64,000 nt of DNA from Candidatus Aminicenantales bacterium (GTDB taxonomy: Bacteria; Acidobacteriota; Aminicenantia; Aminicenantales; Saccharicenantaceae): positions 158,283 through 222,282 of the forward strand of contig JBEKVN010000001.1 of NCBI GenBank assembly GCA_049513915.1. Reading direction: 5' to 3'. Made by a program: the position numbers and the translations under genes. Each line of letters begins with the position of its first letter. The first letter of the stretch is position 1. The notes under the pieces are model-generated. The model worked only from the letters and a program-made list of their open reading frames with translations. It did not search any database and was not told the DNA's origin. This document shows, one piece after another, positions 38,104-46,995 of this stretch.

Positions 38104-39099
38104 TCAGGTTACGATCTCCGGCACCGCGCCAGCCAAAATCGGAGGCAAGTGAAGGTACAACGTCGTGGAGCGCTTCCTTTCGATGTCCCGGTAGATGCTG
38201 CGAACTTGTTGCGGCGAAAGGCCGGTGTGTCCGCTGACCGTTTCGGCGTCGATGCCGTGGTTTTTTCCATAGAGGCAGAGGTCCATGATCTCGTAAGGAA
38301 CGGTGAAGTAGAATTCGTCCTGCCCCTGAGGCAGGGAATAGGTGTCCGTCGTCGGCGGTCGGCGGAGGACGGCCTCCGGCAAGCCCAAATGGCGCGCCAG
38401 CTGGTAGACCTGTGTCTTGTACAGGTGGGCGATGGGCTTGATGTCCGCGGCGCCGTCGCCGAGCTTGACGAAGAATCCCTGGTCGTATTCCAGCCGGTTA
38501 GGGGTGCCCGCGACGGCATAGTTGTGCTTATCGGCGTGGTAGTATTCCAGCATCTTCCTGATTCTTTGCTTGAAATTGGTGGCGGCCACGATGGCTAGAT
38601 AGGAATTCAAATCAAGCCGCTTTTTTATCTCCCTTCCATCCGGCGAAACGGCGACTATCGAGAACAGCGTGTAGGGCTTGTCCTCTCCGATGCCCGGCAA
38701 GACGAGCTTCGACTTCCATCCGGCGCCATATTTGGGAATGACCGACCGGACAGCTTCGTCATACTTGGTATAGAAGCCGGCGGCATCGAGGAGTGAGGAG
38801 ATGTCCCAGTGGACCTTTCGTATTCCTAGATGATCTGCAACCACCGAGCTCAGCGCCATTGTCTCGTCTGCAGAATGGCGTTCGGGCATCTGGAGGCCGA
38901 TGACCTTGTCTTTCCCGATGGCGCGAGCACACAAGGCCGCCGTGACACTGCTGTCGATCCCCCCGGAAATGCCGAGGATCAGGCCCCTCCGGCGGAGCCT
39001 CTTGGCCAAGGCCTCTCTTATCGAGAGAGCGATCCTCGCCACTTCGCGATCGCCATCGATCGTGAGAACCTCCCGGGAAAAATGAACGCCTGCCATCAT
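38104..39099 (-). CDS. NAD+ synthetase-like PP-loop ATP pyrophosphatase (NadE family, paralog 1)
   Basis: GLILGISGGIDSSVTAALCARAIG is the PP-loop SGGxDS motif. Size and C-terminal region are typical of NH3-dependent NadE. Confidence 0.7.
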   Translation of the reverse strand: MMAGVHFSREVLTIDGDREVARIALSIREALAKRLRRRGLILGISGGIDSSVTAALCARAIGKDKVIGLQMPERHSADETMALSSVVADHLGIRKVHWDISSLLDAAGFYTKYDEAVRSVIPKYGAGWKSKLVLPGIGEDKPYTLFSIVAVSPDGREIKKRLDLNSYLAIVAATNFKQRIRKMLEYYHADKHNYAVAGTPNRLEYDQGFFVKLGDGAADIKPIAHLYKTQVYQLARHLGLPEAVLRRPPTTDTYSLPQGQDEFYFTVPYEIMDLCLYGKNHGIDAETVSGHTGLSPQQVRSIYRDIERKRSTTLYLHLPPILAGAVPEIVT

Positions 39100-39173
39100 G
39101 TTAGCCTCGGGGCGCCTAGAGATCTTCTTCTGTCCTCAGTGTCAAAGAGCCAGTCCGTAAGGCGCATATCCTG

Positions 39174-39419
39174 TCAGGACACCTTTTTTTCCAGAAAGGC
39201 GCGGATGCTCGCGATCGAATCCAGGTTTTCGGGGACGAGCTCGTCGTCGTTCACTTTGATGTGATAATGCTGCTCGAGATGTGAGATAAGCTCAAGGACG
39301 CCCATGGAGTCGATGATTCCGGCGTCGACCAGCGATTCCTCGGCGCCCAGCGGCCTGTCGTCCCCGAAGAAGAATTTATCGGCCAGGAACCGACGGAGTT
39401 CTGCTTCAATGTCGGCCAT
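39174..39419 (-). CDS. Acyl carrier protein (ACP 1)
   Basis: 81 aa, acidic, phosphopantetheine site GIIDSMGVLEL. Confidence 0.8.
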   Translation of the reverse strand: MADIEAELRRFLADKFFFGDDRPLGAEESLVDAGIIDSMGVLELISHLEQHYHIKVNDDELVPENLDSIASIRAFLEKKVS

Positions 39420-39490
39420 GGCGATCGTCCTTTTCGTGAGGAGGGCATACCCCGATCTCCGCGGTGAAGATGCGGTCCGCCTCCCGAGTA

Positions 39491-39949
39491 TTATAACAAA
39501 TCATCGGGGATTTCCCTGCGACCGGCTTTCTTATCGGTATCGATCAGCTCGATATTCAAACCAGGCCGGGCGTAAAGAAAGGCGATTTTCTCGTTCTCGA
39601 AGGCCTCTCCGGGCTGTGGCTCCGCGATTACGCGCATTCCTTTCTTCCTCAACCGCTCGATTCCGGCGGCGAGGTTCGTGCATCTGAAGCAGATATGGTG
39701 GAGACCGCCTCCCTTGAGAGCGAATTGATAAATTGGAGATCGCTTATCGGAGGGCTCGATGAGCTTGACCAGGCAGGAATCCTTCTTGGCCAGGAAGATG
39801 ACGTTGACCTTCTGGCGGGTGTTGGCGACTTTTTCGGTTATCGGGACGTAGCCGAATAACGATGTCCATTGCTCAATGCCTTCGTCGAGCCGCTTGACGA
39901 CGAAACCTATGTGATCGATGACCATCGGTTCATTTCCATGGTGGATCAT
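39491..39949 (-). CDS. VOC-family (glyoxalase/methylmalonyl-CoA epimerase-like) protein
   Basis: VIDHIGFVV is the VOC beta-alpha-beta-beta-beta N-terminal module. 152 aa. Confidence 0.55.
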   Translation of the reverse strand: MIHHGNEPMVIDHIGFVVKRLDEGIEQWTSLFGYVPITEKVANTRQKVNVIFLAKKDSCLVKLIEPSDKRSPIYQFALKGGGLHHICFRCTNLAAGIERLRKKGMRVIAEPQPGEAFENEKIAFLYARPGLNIELIDTDKKAGRREIPDDLL

Positions 39950-40839
39950 TGCCGGTACTGGGTCCGCAAGGTGATTCCGAAATGGAGACGGATGAAGTCC
40001 AGAAAGTCCCTGTGCAGAGGATCGCGACTGAAGTCGGTATAAAAGTGCTCCAAGTCGTAGGAGATCTTCTTGTTGCCCTTCATGACCAATTCTATCGTGT
40101 TCGTATCGGGAAGGGAACAGAAGGCGCGGTCGTCCGGCAGCGTGTAACGACCGGAGTCCTTCTCGTGCTGGAATGGTATCGATCGGGCATCCAGGAACGA
40201 AGAAATGATTTTATCATGATAATAGGTTACGCTTTTTTTCGATATCCTTTGCAGCCGGACCAGGTCGTGGGTCGTGTATTGGTCCGGATCCTGCTGGATA
40301 ATGCTGTTCGGCCTGACGTGGCCTTGGACGACGACTCCCGGATTAATGATGCAGTTGCGCTCGATATGGGCGCCGGGCATGATGGTGACGGCCATGGCAA
40401 TCCAGACGAAATCATCGATGACGACGGGCGCGAATTTGGCGGGATACCCCATGGTCACAGGCAGGAAGGACCCGTGGGTGTACACGGTGCATCGAGGACC
40501 CAATCCAGAGTAAAAGCCCAAGGAGACGTCCTCGGCGCAGTGAATGATGCAATGGATGCCGAAAAACGAATTGTCCTTGCAGCTGAAGGAGGCCTTTCCC
40601 TTGATCTGAGTTCCATAGCTGATGATGGCATTGGCGCCCATGGACAGCTTGTGGACGTTGATGTACACCAGCCTCCTGATACTGATGTCGTTGCCGAGTG
40701 AGATCTCATCGGCATGCACGTACGTCATGATCGGAATGCGGACGTTTCTGCCGATTCGGTAACCGCAGAGCCGATAGAGGAACCTCGTCGGTGAAGAGGG
40801 GAGAAACACACATAGGACGGCGACGAGTTTCTTGAACAT
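39946..40839 (-). CDS. Hexapeptide-repeat (left-handed beta-helix) acyl/acetyltransferase with C-terminal extension
   Basis: Repeating [LIV]-G-x-x-x-x hexads (IGRNVRIPIMTYVHADEISLGNDISI...) in the N-terminal half. Confidence 0.55.
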   Translation of the reverse strand: MFKKLVAVLCVFLPSSPTRFLYRLCGYRIGRNVRIPIMTYVHADEISLGNDISIRRLVYINVHKLSMGANAIISYGTQIKGKASFSCKDNSFFGIHCIIHCAEDVSLGFYSGLGPRCTVYTHGSFLPVTMGYPAKFAPVVIDDFVWIAMAVTIMPGAHIERNCIINPGVVVQGHVRPNSIIQQDPDQYTTHDLVRLQRISKKSVTYYHDKIISSFLDARSIPFQHEKDSGRYTLPDDRAFCSLPDTNTIELVMKGNKKISYDLEHFYTDFSRDPLHRDFLDFIRLHFGITLRTQYRQ

Positions 40840-40841
40840 TT

Positions 40842-42425
40842 TTAACTTTCCTTCCCCCTATTATACATATTCTGAAAAAACCGGATACTGCCCGTTCTGT
40901 CCGGCTTTCCGATGTCGTTTTTGGGGATGGAGGCGACAATCAGCAAGGTCTGCGGAATCTTATAGTTAGGCAGCTTTTCGCGGCAATAATCGAGCATGCC
41001 GGCCGCCGCACCTGGAGTGTTCCGCATGGGGACGACCAGTCCCGCCAACCGATGACCTGCGAGCGGATCCGGGATCCCGAAAACGATGCATTCCACGACG
41101 CGGCCGGATTCCATGATGACATCCTCTATTTCCTGGGGATTGATTCGGTGCCCCCCGACTTTGAGCTGGTCGTCCTTCCGGCCCGTTACGTAGAGAAACC
41201 CGTCTTCGTCGAAATAACCAAGGTCGCCCGTGTGATATCCATGCTTATCCAGGACTTTTTTTGTCGACTCTTCATCCCGGAAATAGCCGATCATGATATT
41301 TTCCCCTTGCGCGACCAGCTCGCCCGTATCGCCGGGTTTTAAGACCTTGCCCGAATCGGAAAGGATCTTGATGGTCACCCCCGATATGGGCTTCCCGATG
41401 GAATCGATTTTCTTTAACAGGAATTCCGGCGCAAGATAGGCGAGGCGCGCTGCGGCCTCCGTGGCCCCGTACATGATGTAAAGTCTGGTATGGGGCGGGA
41501 GGACCCTCAACAGCTCGAGTTTGACGTATTTCGGCATATGTCCGCCCGCTTGCGAACAATAGCGGAGAGCGGGCAGCTTGTCGCGAAAGCAGGCCAGCGG
41601 CGACTTGAACAGCAGGTGGGCATACGTCGAGGGGACTCCGGAGAAACCGGTCACGCCCTCCGCGGCCATTTTTTTCAATACCGATGCCGTATAAGCGAAT
41701 TTGTTGTGAATAACGACCCTGCCTCCGACGGCGATGTGGGTATTGAGCAACGATTTGCCCATGACGTAGAAAAAGGGGAGTACGACCATCTGGACGTCAT
41801 GGGACGTGAGCTTCAGAAATTCGACGATGGAGCGTGTGTTTGCGATAATATTGGCATGCGTGAGCATGACACCCTTGGGCCTGCCCGCCGACCCTGAAGT
41901 GTAGACGATCATGGCGCATGTCCGAGGGTCGATGTCAAGGTCGGGATTGTTGTCTGATTGGGATGATAAGAGTGCAGGCAATAAGGCGCCGCCGCCAGGG
42001 TCGGATGATTCCGTCCGGCGGGCGTTGGCGACATAAATGTGGCGGATGTCGAGCCGCGACAAGTGGAGGGATGTGAGAATCGGCTCGAATCTTGACGAGA
42101 TGATCAGGACTTTTGGTCTCAGCTCTTCGAGCAATCCCTTTATCGTTTCGGGCTTCAGCCCGGTATTGAGGGCGACGGAAATGCCGCCCGCCTTCAGGAT
42201 GCCGTAGTAGCAAAAGATGTAGTCGGGGCTGTTTTCGGATATCAGGACGACCCGGTCGCCGGGTTGGACGCCGGCTTCGATAAGCCCATGGGCCAGCTGA
42301 TTGGCAAGACGGTTCATGTCCGCGTAGGACCGCCGCTCGTCATCGAATACGACGGCGACGGAATCGGGGAAGGATTCAGCGCTCCGTTCGAGAAAGTGAT
42401 GGATGAGCGTCTGCCCGGTCCTCAT
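40842..42425 (-). CDS. AMP-dependent synthetase/ligase (acyl-CoA or acyl-ACP ligase, copy 1)
   Basis: AMP-binding motif IVYTSGSAGRPKGVMLTH and the downstream YGATE and GDLG blocks. Confidence 0.8.
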   Translation of the reverse strand: MRTGQTLIHHFLERSAESFPDSVAVVFDDERRSYADMNRLANQLAHGLIEAGVQPGDRVVLISENSPDYIFCYYGILKAGGISVALNTGLKPETIKGLLEELRPKVLIISSRFEPILTSLHLSRLDIRHIYVANARRTESSDPGGGALLPALLSSQSDNNPDLDIDPRTCAMIVYTSGSAGRPKGVMLTHANIIANTRSIVEFLKLTSHDVQMVVLPFFYVMGKSLLNTHIAVGGRVVIHNKFAYTASVLKKMAAEGVTGFSGVPSTYAHLLFKSPLACFRDKLPALRYCSQAGGHMPKYVKLELLRVLPPHTRLYIMYGATEAAARLAYLAPEFLLKKIDSIGKPISGVTIKILSDSGKVLKPGDTGELVAQGENIMIGYFRDEESTKKVLDKHGYHTGDLGYFDEDGFLYVTGRKDDQLKVGGHRINPQEIEDVIMESGRVVECIVFGIPDPLAGHRLAGLVVPMRNTPGAAAGMLDYCREKLPNYKIPQTLLIVASIPKNDIGKPDRTGSIRFFQNMYNRGKES

Positions 42426-42442
42426 GTCCGCACTCCCACTCC

Positions 42443-43477
42443 TTATCCGACGAGCCTATAAAACAGCCTGCCAATGATGCGCAGAATGCTCGTCGGAGTC
42501 CTCGCGACGAGGAATCTCGATAATCCCCCGCGGCCGCGGTGCTCCGCAAGGTAAGCCTTCTCGCCGAGGTCGTAACGGAAATATTCCAGCACAGTTTCTT
42601 TCGCGCCCCATGCCCTTTTGTACCGCAAAAGGCCGCGGTTATCGATCTCGGTCCTGCCAAGGCTCATCGTCGCAAAATTTCGGTCATTGTACCAATTCAG
42701 GGCTTCCCACATGAGAAGATTGTTTGGTCTTAGACACTGGTGCTCCATCTCCGAAGCCCCGTACTTGAATAGGGCCTCGTTTCCGAAATGAAAAAAGATG
42801 GACGCCGCGATGACTTTGCCCGCGTGATAGGCGGAAAAAACCTGGCCGAGATCCCGGGAAAGGACATGTTCGAGGACGTTCTTGAAGAAGATGAAGGGCT
42901 GGGGTGGGAGGGCGTGCCTTTTTCTGGTCATGCAATTCAAGCGATAGAAGGATCTCAGAGATTCGGCCGAGCGGTCGGTCCGTACGGACACGCCCTCGCG
43001 GAGGGCTTTTTTGATGTTCCTTCGATTGTTGGAGCTTAGACTCTTAAAAAGGTCCGCCTTGGTCTTTCGGAGGCCGATTTCATGCATGAGATAAGTTTTC
43101 CATGCTGGTGCGCCCTCCGGGCCATACGGATCGTCCCGCCACTCGATGGATCGCCACCCGTTTTTTTCTCCGTAATCGATGGCGCTCTTCACCGCGGCCT
43201 TCAGCGACTCCGGCTCGAGGACATGAGGGGCGCATCGGTCCGTGAATGGGAGGGCCACCCCTCGTTTCCCTTTCAGGGGGCCATACACCTCCATCATGGG
43301 CATCAAAAGAGCGAGCCGTCCACTCTCCGAGGAAACGAAATAGAGGGGCTTGAATCGGTAGGTCGCTTGAAGGACCTTCGCCCAAGCCGATGTATGGAAA
43401 AACGAGTGGTCGTTGTTCTGCAACAAGACCTCGTCCCAATCGGGAGACTCGGCCGGGTTGAGAATCCGGAATTCCAT
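42443..43477 (-). CDS. FemAB-family / BioF2-like GNAT-fold transferase (paralog 3)
   Basis: MEFRILNPAESPDWDEVL...FFHTSAWAKVL is the typical N-terminus of the Acetyltransf_6/FemAB-like family. The C-terminal LLRYKRAWGAKE block is also typical. Confidence 0.55.
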   Translation of the reverse strand: MEFRILNPAESPDWDEVLLQNNDHSFFHTSAWAKVLQATYRFKPLYFVSSESGRLALLMPMMEVYGPLKGKRGVALPFTDRCAPHVLEPESLKAAVKSAIDYGEKNGWRSIEWRDDPYGPEGAPAWKTYLMHEIGLRKTKADLFKSLSSNNRRNIKKALREGVSVRTDRSAESLRSFYRLNCMTRKRHALPPQPFIFFKNVLEHVLSRDLGQVFSAYHAGKVIAASIFFHFGNEALFKYGASEMEHQCLRPNNLLMWEALNWYNDRNFATMSLGRTEIDNRGLLRYKRAWGAKETVLEYFRYDLGEKAYLAEHRGRGGLSRFLVARTPTSILRIIGRLFYRLVG

Positions 43478-43562
43478 CGATATTTCCTAATGATTCGTGT
43501 TTTTCGGTTCAAAGTCAAGGCCGGAAGCGGGGGGATTGGCTCAACGAGATCGCCGCGCCTTT

Positions 43563-44525
43563 CTACTGTAATATCGGCGGCGCCTGATTCAGGTGTCTGG
43601 TTGCATTGTATTTTGTGCCAAAATCCCTGAACGCCCTCCGGACCTGTTCCTCGGTTAGCGCCATGACACGACAGACCTCAGATATGTCGACCTTGTTCTC
43701 CCAGGCATAGAGCAGCAGATCGAGCTGGTTGAAGGGCATGCGGAAATACCATTCTTCATCAGTGACCGGCGCGCTGTAAGTATCCGGAGATGGGGCGCGT
43801 TCGAGTATTTTTTTGATAACTCCCAGATTTTCGGCCAATTGGAACACCTGATTTTTAAATAGATGGGCGATCGGCTCGATATCCACTCCTCCGTCACCGT
43901 ACTTGACGAACAACCCCTGCAGGGCTTCGCTCTTGTTGGTCGTCCCGCAGACCAGGAAGTTGCTTTTCTCTGCGAAATAATATTGGGTCATCATCCGAAC
44001 CCTGTGTTTGGTAGAGGTGGCCGCGATAATGCCGCGCGCCTGCGCATTGTTCAGGCGAGCACTTTTAGCAGCACCTGCGGGATCGATCACGGTCAACGTG
44101 AAGAAGTTTAAGTTGCCTCTATTGAGGATATCCGAAGGGAGCGTGATCTTCAGCCTATGCCCTTCGCTGAATTCAGGAAAGACCGATTTGGCGACCGCGT
44201 CTCTTTTCTCATACGTCCCGAAGGCCTCCAAAACCGGGGTGATATCGAATAGGATTGTTTTTATACCAAGCCGCTTCCCATAAAGCGAGGCGAACTCAGC
44301 GCTTTGCGGGCTCGATTCCTTGTCGGGAAGCAGCAAGCCCAGAACCTTTTCTTTGCCGATTGCCCTTGCCGATAACGCCGCACACAAAGCCGAATCTACT
44401 CCCCCGCTGAGGCCGATGACAAGGCCTTCTCGATGCATGGAGAGCAACTGATCCTTGATGAAAGCACAGATTCTATCGGCCTCAGATTCGCAGTCGATCT
44501 TGAGGACATCTTTGGTGAAATCCAT
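43563..44525 (-). CDS. NAD+ synthetase-like PP-loop ATP pyrophosphatase (NadE family, paralog 2)
   Basis: GLVIGLSGGVDSALCAALSARAIG PP-loop. A paralog of 38104-39099. Confidence 0.7.
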   Translation of the reverse strand: MDFTKDVLKIDCESEADRICAFIKDQLLSMHREGLVIGLSGGVDSALCAALSARAIGKEKVLGLLLPDKESSPQSAEFASLYGKRLGIKTILFDITPVLEAFGTYEKRDAVAKSVFPEFSEGHRLKITLPSDILNRGNLNFFTLTVIDPAGAAKSARLNNAQARGIIAATSTKHRVRMMTQYYFAEKSNFLVCGTTNKSEALQGLFVKYGDGGVDIEPIAHLFKNQVFQLAENLGVIKKILERAPSPDTYSAPVTDEEWYFRMPFNQLDLLLYAWENKVDISEVCRVMALTEEQVRRAFRDFGTKYNATRHLNQAPPILQ

Positions 44526-44668
44526 CGTGCGTTTCCTTTACCCAAACCCTTTATGTTTTTCGCATGGAGGACTGTCAAAGAGATAGCACCTCCATGCGGA
44601 CCAGTCAAGAGGGCGCTCCGGATAGCGTTTAATCTGGGGGAGATCGCCGCGCGGGTGCGGGTTGGTGT

Positions 44669-45718
44669 TCAGGCAGCTTTCTTCGAATAGTGTTTTAAGC
44701 CGAGACGCATGGCGCATTCATTCCGTAAAGACCAATACGTTTTGTGAAGATCAACGGCTTTCGCATGCCGTAACCGGTTGACATATCTAAGAGCGAATAA
44801 CGATCCGTAGAACTTTTCTCGACCATACTTCGAACCAGCCTGCAAAAAATAAACGAAAAGCCTGAATATCAAGAACCTCACCAGCCGTTCACGCGCAGGG
44901 GAACATGATTCATTGTGCTTACAAACTATGTAGGTTCTGTTCAGCATCTGCATCATCCCCATCTCTTTTCCGTCGACCCTTCTCGATGGGAAGGTGTAAT
45001 GGAAAACCCTGGCATTTTTGGCGCACACGATCAAGTGCTTTTTCAAAATGCCCAGCGACGCGTCGATATCCTCGCTCAAAGCGTATTCCCCAAGGGATTC
45101 ATCGAAGCCCATGCTCCTGATCAGGTCCGTCCGGAAGGACATCCTAAAGCCGGCCATGGGGCCTTGAACAATCGCATTCTCACCGGGCAACCAAAGCGGA
45201 GCCGTTAGAATGTCTTCAAAATAATAAAGAGGATCCGGGAAATACCTTGACAACAGAGGGTAGACAAATTGATGATATTGACGCTTTAACCCGTCCGTCA
45301 AAGTGATGTTGTAAAGCTTACGGCTAATCGATCCCAAAGGCGGATGCGCCGACTCCGCGGCGCAAACACCTCCGATCTTGTCATCGATGTCCTTCTCATA
45401 AACCCTCATGACGGAGGCGGCCGTATCGGGAAACCAGAGTGAATCGTCATCCGGGAATATCACAACCGGCGAGTTCACATGCTTCAGCCCGACATTGCGT
45501 TGATGCGCTGTCCCGGGTTCCGCGTGCAACAACACGAAGTTTATGGATTTGTCCGACACGCATAGCTTTCCGACTATCCTTTTAACGGTGTCGTGATCAT
45601 CGCTGGAATCCACGATGATGAAATTCGCGGGAGGCCTGCTTTGTGAAATCATGAGGGGCACAGAAACCGGAAGGATGACAGGCCTATTCCTCGTGACCAG
45701 GACGATGTCATATTCCAT
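44669..45718 (-). CDS. Glycosyltransferase family 2
   Basis: YDIVLVTRNRPVIL and IIVDSSDD motifs. Locally AT-rich gene. Confidence 0.7.
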   Translation of the reverse strand: MEYDIVLVTRNRPVILPVSVPLMISQSRPPANFIIVDSSDDHDTVKRIVGKLCVSDKSINFVLLHAEPGTAHQRNVGLKHVNSPVVIFPDDDSLWFPDTAASVMRVYEKDIDDKIGGVCAAESAHPPLGSISRKLYNITLTDGLKRQYHQFVYPLLSRYFPDPLYYFEDILTAPLWLPGENAIVQGPMAGFRMSFRTDLIRSMGFDESLGEYALSEDIDASLGILKKHLIVCAKNARVFHYTFPSRRVDGKEMGMMQMLNRTYIVCKHNESCSPARERLVRFLIFRLFVYFLQAGSKYGREKFYGSLFALRYVNRLRHAKAVDLHKTYWSLRNECAMRLGLKHYSKKAA

Positions 45719-45964
45719 GAGTCATCAGCCGCAATAGGTCATCAAGCTGCCGGGCGCCGAACCCTGTCCTTGCCCAAGAGAATGATCGCATCTCAGTTTT
45801 CTGAATGCCATGAAAAAGGACTTCGCCAACCCTCTCCCTTCTTCCGCCTATGATAATTTCCCCCGGATGCTTTGTAAAGAGGCTGAACCAGTTCAGGGGC
45901 CACTCGATAACGCCGGGGAAACGATAATACGGCGGAAGGTTGCGTCGCTCGGGCTACCGGTACT

Positions 45965-45992
45965 TGACACCGGTCCGCGGCCGAGGATAAAG
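45965..45992 (+). promoter_or_regulatory. Candidate promoter (TTGACA-N16-GATAAA) upstream of the GNAT/FkbH/ACP/ligase operon
   Basis: TTGACA at 45965-45970 and GATAAA at 45987-45992, about 20 nt before the first plus-strand gene start. Confidence 0.3.
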
Positions 45993-46013
45993 TAAACGAC
46001 GGGACGAACGGTC

Positions 46014-46973
46014 TTGATTATCGAGAGCTTTCGCGGCGATTTCGAACAGGCCGCTTCTTTGATCCAGCGCGCGTGGGCGGATAACGAAAAACAGCCGTTG
46101 CTCTACACGGCCGAATTCCTGGGCTCCTTGTTCGAGTATCCGGGCGCAGACCTTTCTCTCGCGCCGACCCTGTATGACGGGACGAAGCCGATAGCCTTCA
46201 CCGCGGGTTTTCCGCGCCGCTTGCGTTTCAAGGGCCGGGAATTGCGAATCGTCATCGGCTCATTCCTGAGCGTATCGAGCGAATTCAAAAAAAGGGGATA
46301 TGGCATTGTCCTTTGGAGTGAGCTCGTAAGGAGGGTGCAGGCCGCGGGCTTCGACGGCATGATGAACTACTGCGTCGAGGGAGAGCCGATGAACGGCATG
46401 ATCCTCGGTTGTTGCCGTCGGCTGAAGATGCCGGTCGAGCGCGTCTTTTCCATCCATTACCTTACCTGCTTACTTTGGCCGAAAGAACCCAACGCCGTGA
46501 AGAGAGAGCAGGGGGAGGGGGTCGTGGATACCTTTCTGGAATTGGCCGCTCCGATCGCGGACCGTGCGTCTCTATCTCGTATCTGGAGCAGGCCGGAAGC
46601 TGAGTGGCAGTGCTCTGGACGGCTTGGGGCCATCGTCGCCAGACGAGTCGTCGAGCGAAGCCAGGGGATCCTAACCGGCTACATCATGCAGGTCGCCGAC
46701 CCGAAGCGTACGAAGTGCCTTCTTATCGAGGACATCCTCTGGGGTAATTCGCAGCCGGAGGAACGATCGGAATTGGTCCTCCGGCTTAAGAACGAGGCCG
46801 CCGCGGCGGGGGCCAGGCTGGCCGTCGTCCCCGTCCTGGGTTATGGAGATATGGCCCCGTTCCTCTCAGCGGGTTTCCGTCCTTCACCTCGGATCGTGCA
46901 GGCGTATCTATCCGCCTGGTCTGGTCCGACAGACACGGGGACCCTTGACGCAATGTACCTGGACGTGTTTTGA
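46014..46973 (+). CDS. GNAT-family N-acyltransferase
   Basis: Acetyl-CoA-binding-like block FKKRGYGIVLWSELV. TTG start in track, so the 5' end is uncertain. Confidence 0.45.
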   Translation: MIIESFRGDFEQAASLIQRAWADNEKQPLLYTAEFLGSLFEYPGADLSLAPTLYDGTKPIAFTAGFPRRLRFKGRELRIVIGSFLSVSSEFKKRGYGIVLWSELVRRVQAAGFDGMMNYCVEGEPMNGMILGCCRRLKMPVERVFSIHYLTCLLWPKEPNAVKREQGEGVVDTFLELAAPIADRASLSRIWSRPEAEWQCSGRLGAIVARRVVERSQGILTGYIMQVADPKRTKCLLIEDILWGNSQPEERSELVLRLKNEAAAAGARLAVVPVLGYGDMAPFLSAGFRPSPRIVQAYLSAWSGPTDTGTLDAMYLDVF

Positions 46974-46995
46974 TGCGCAAGGTGGGCGACACAGC

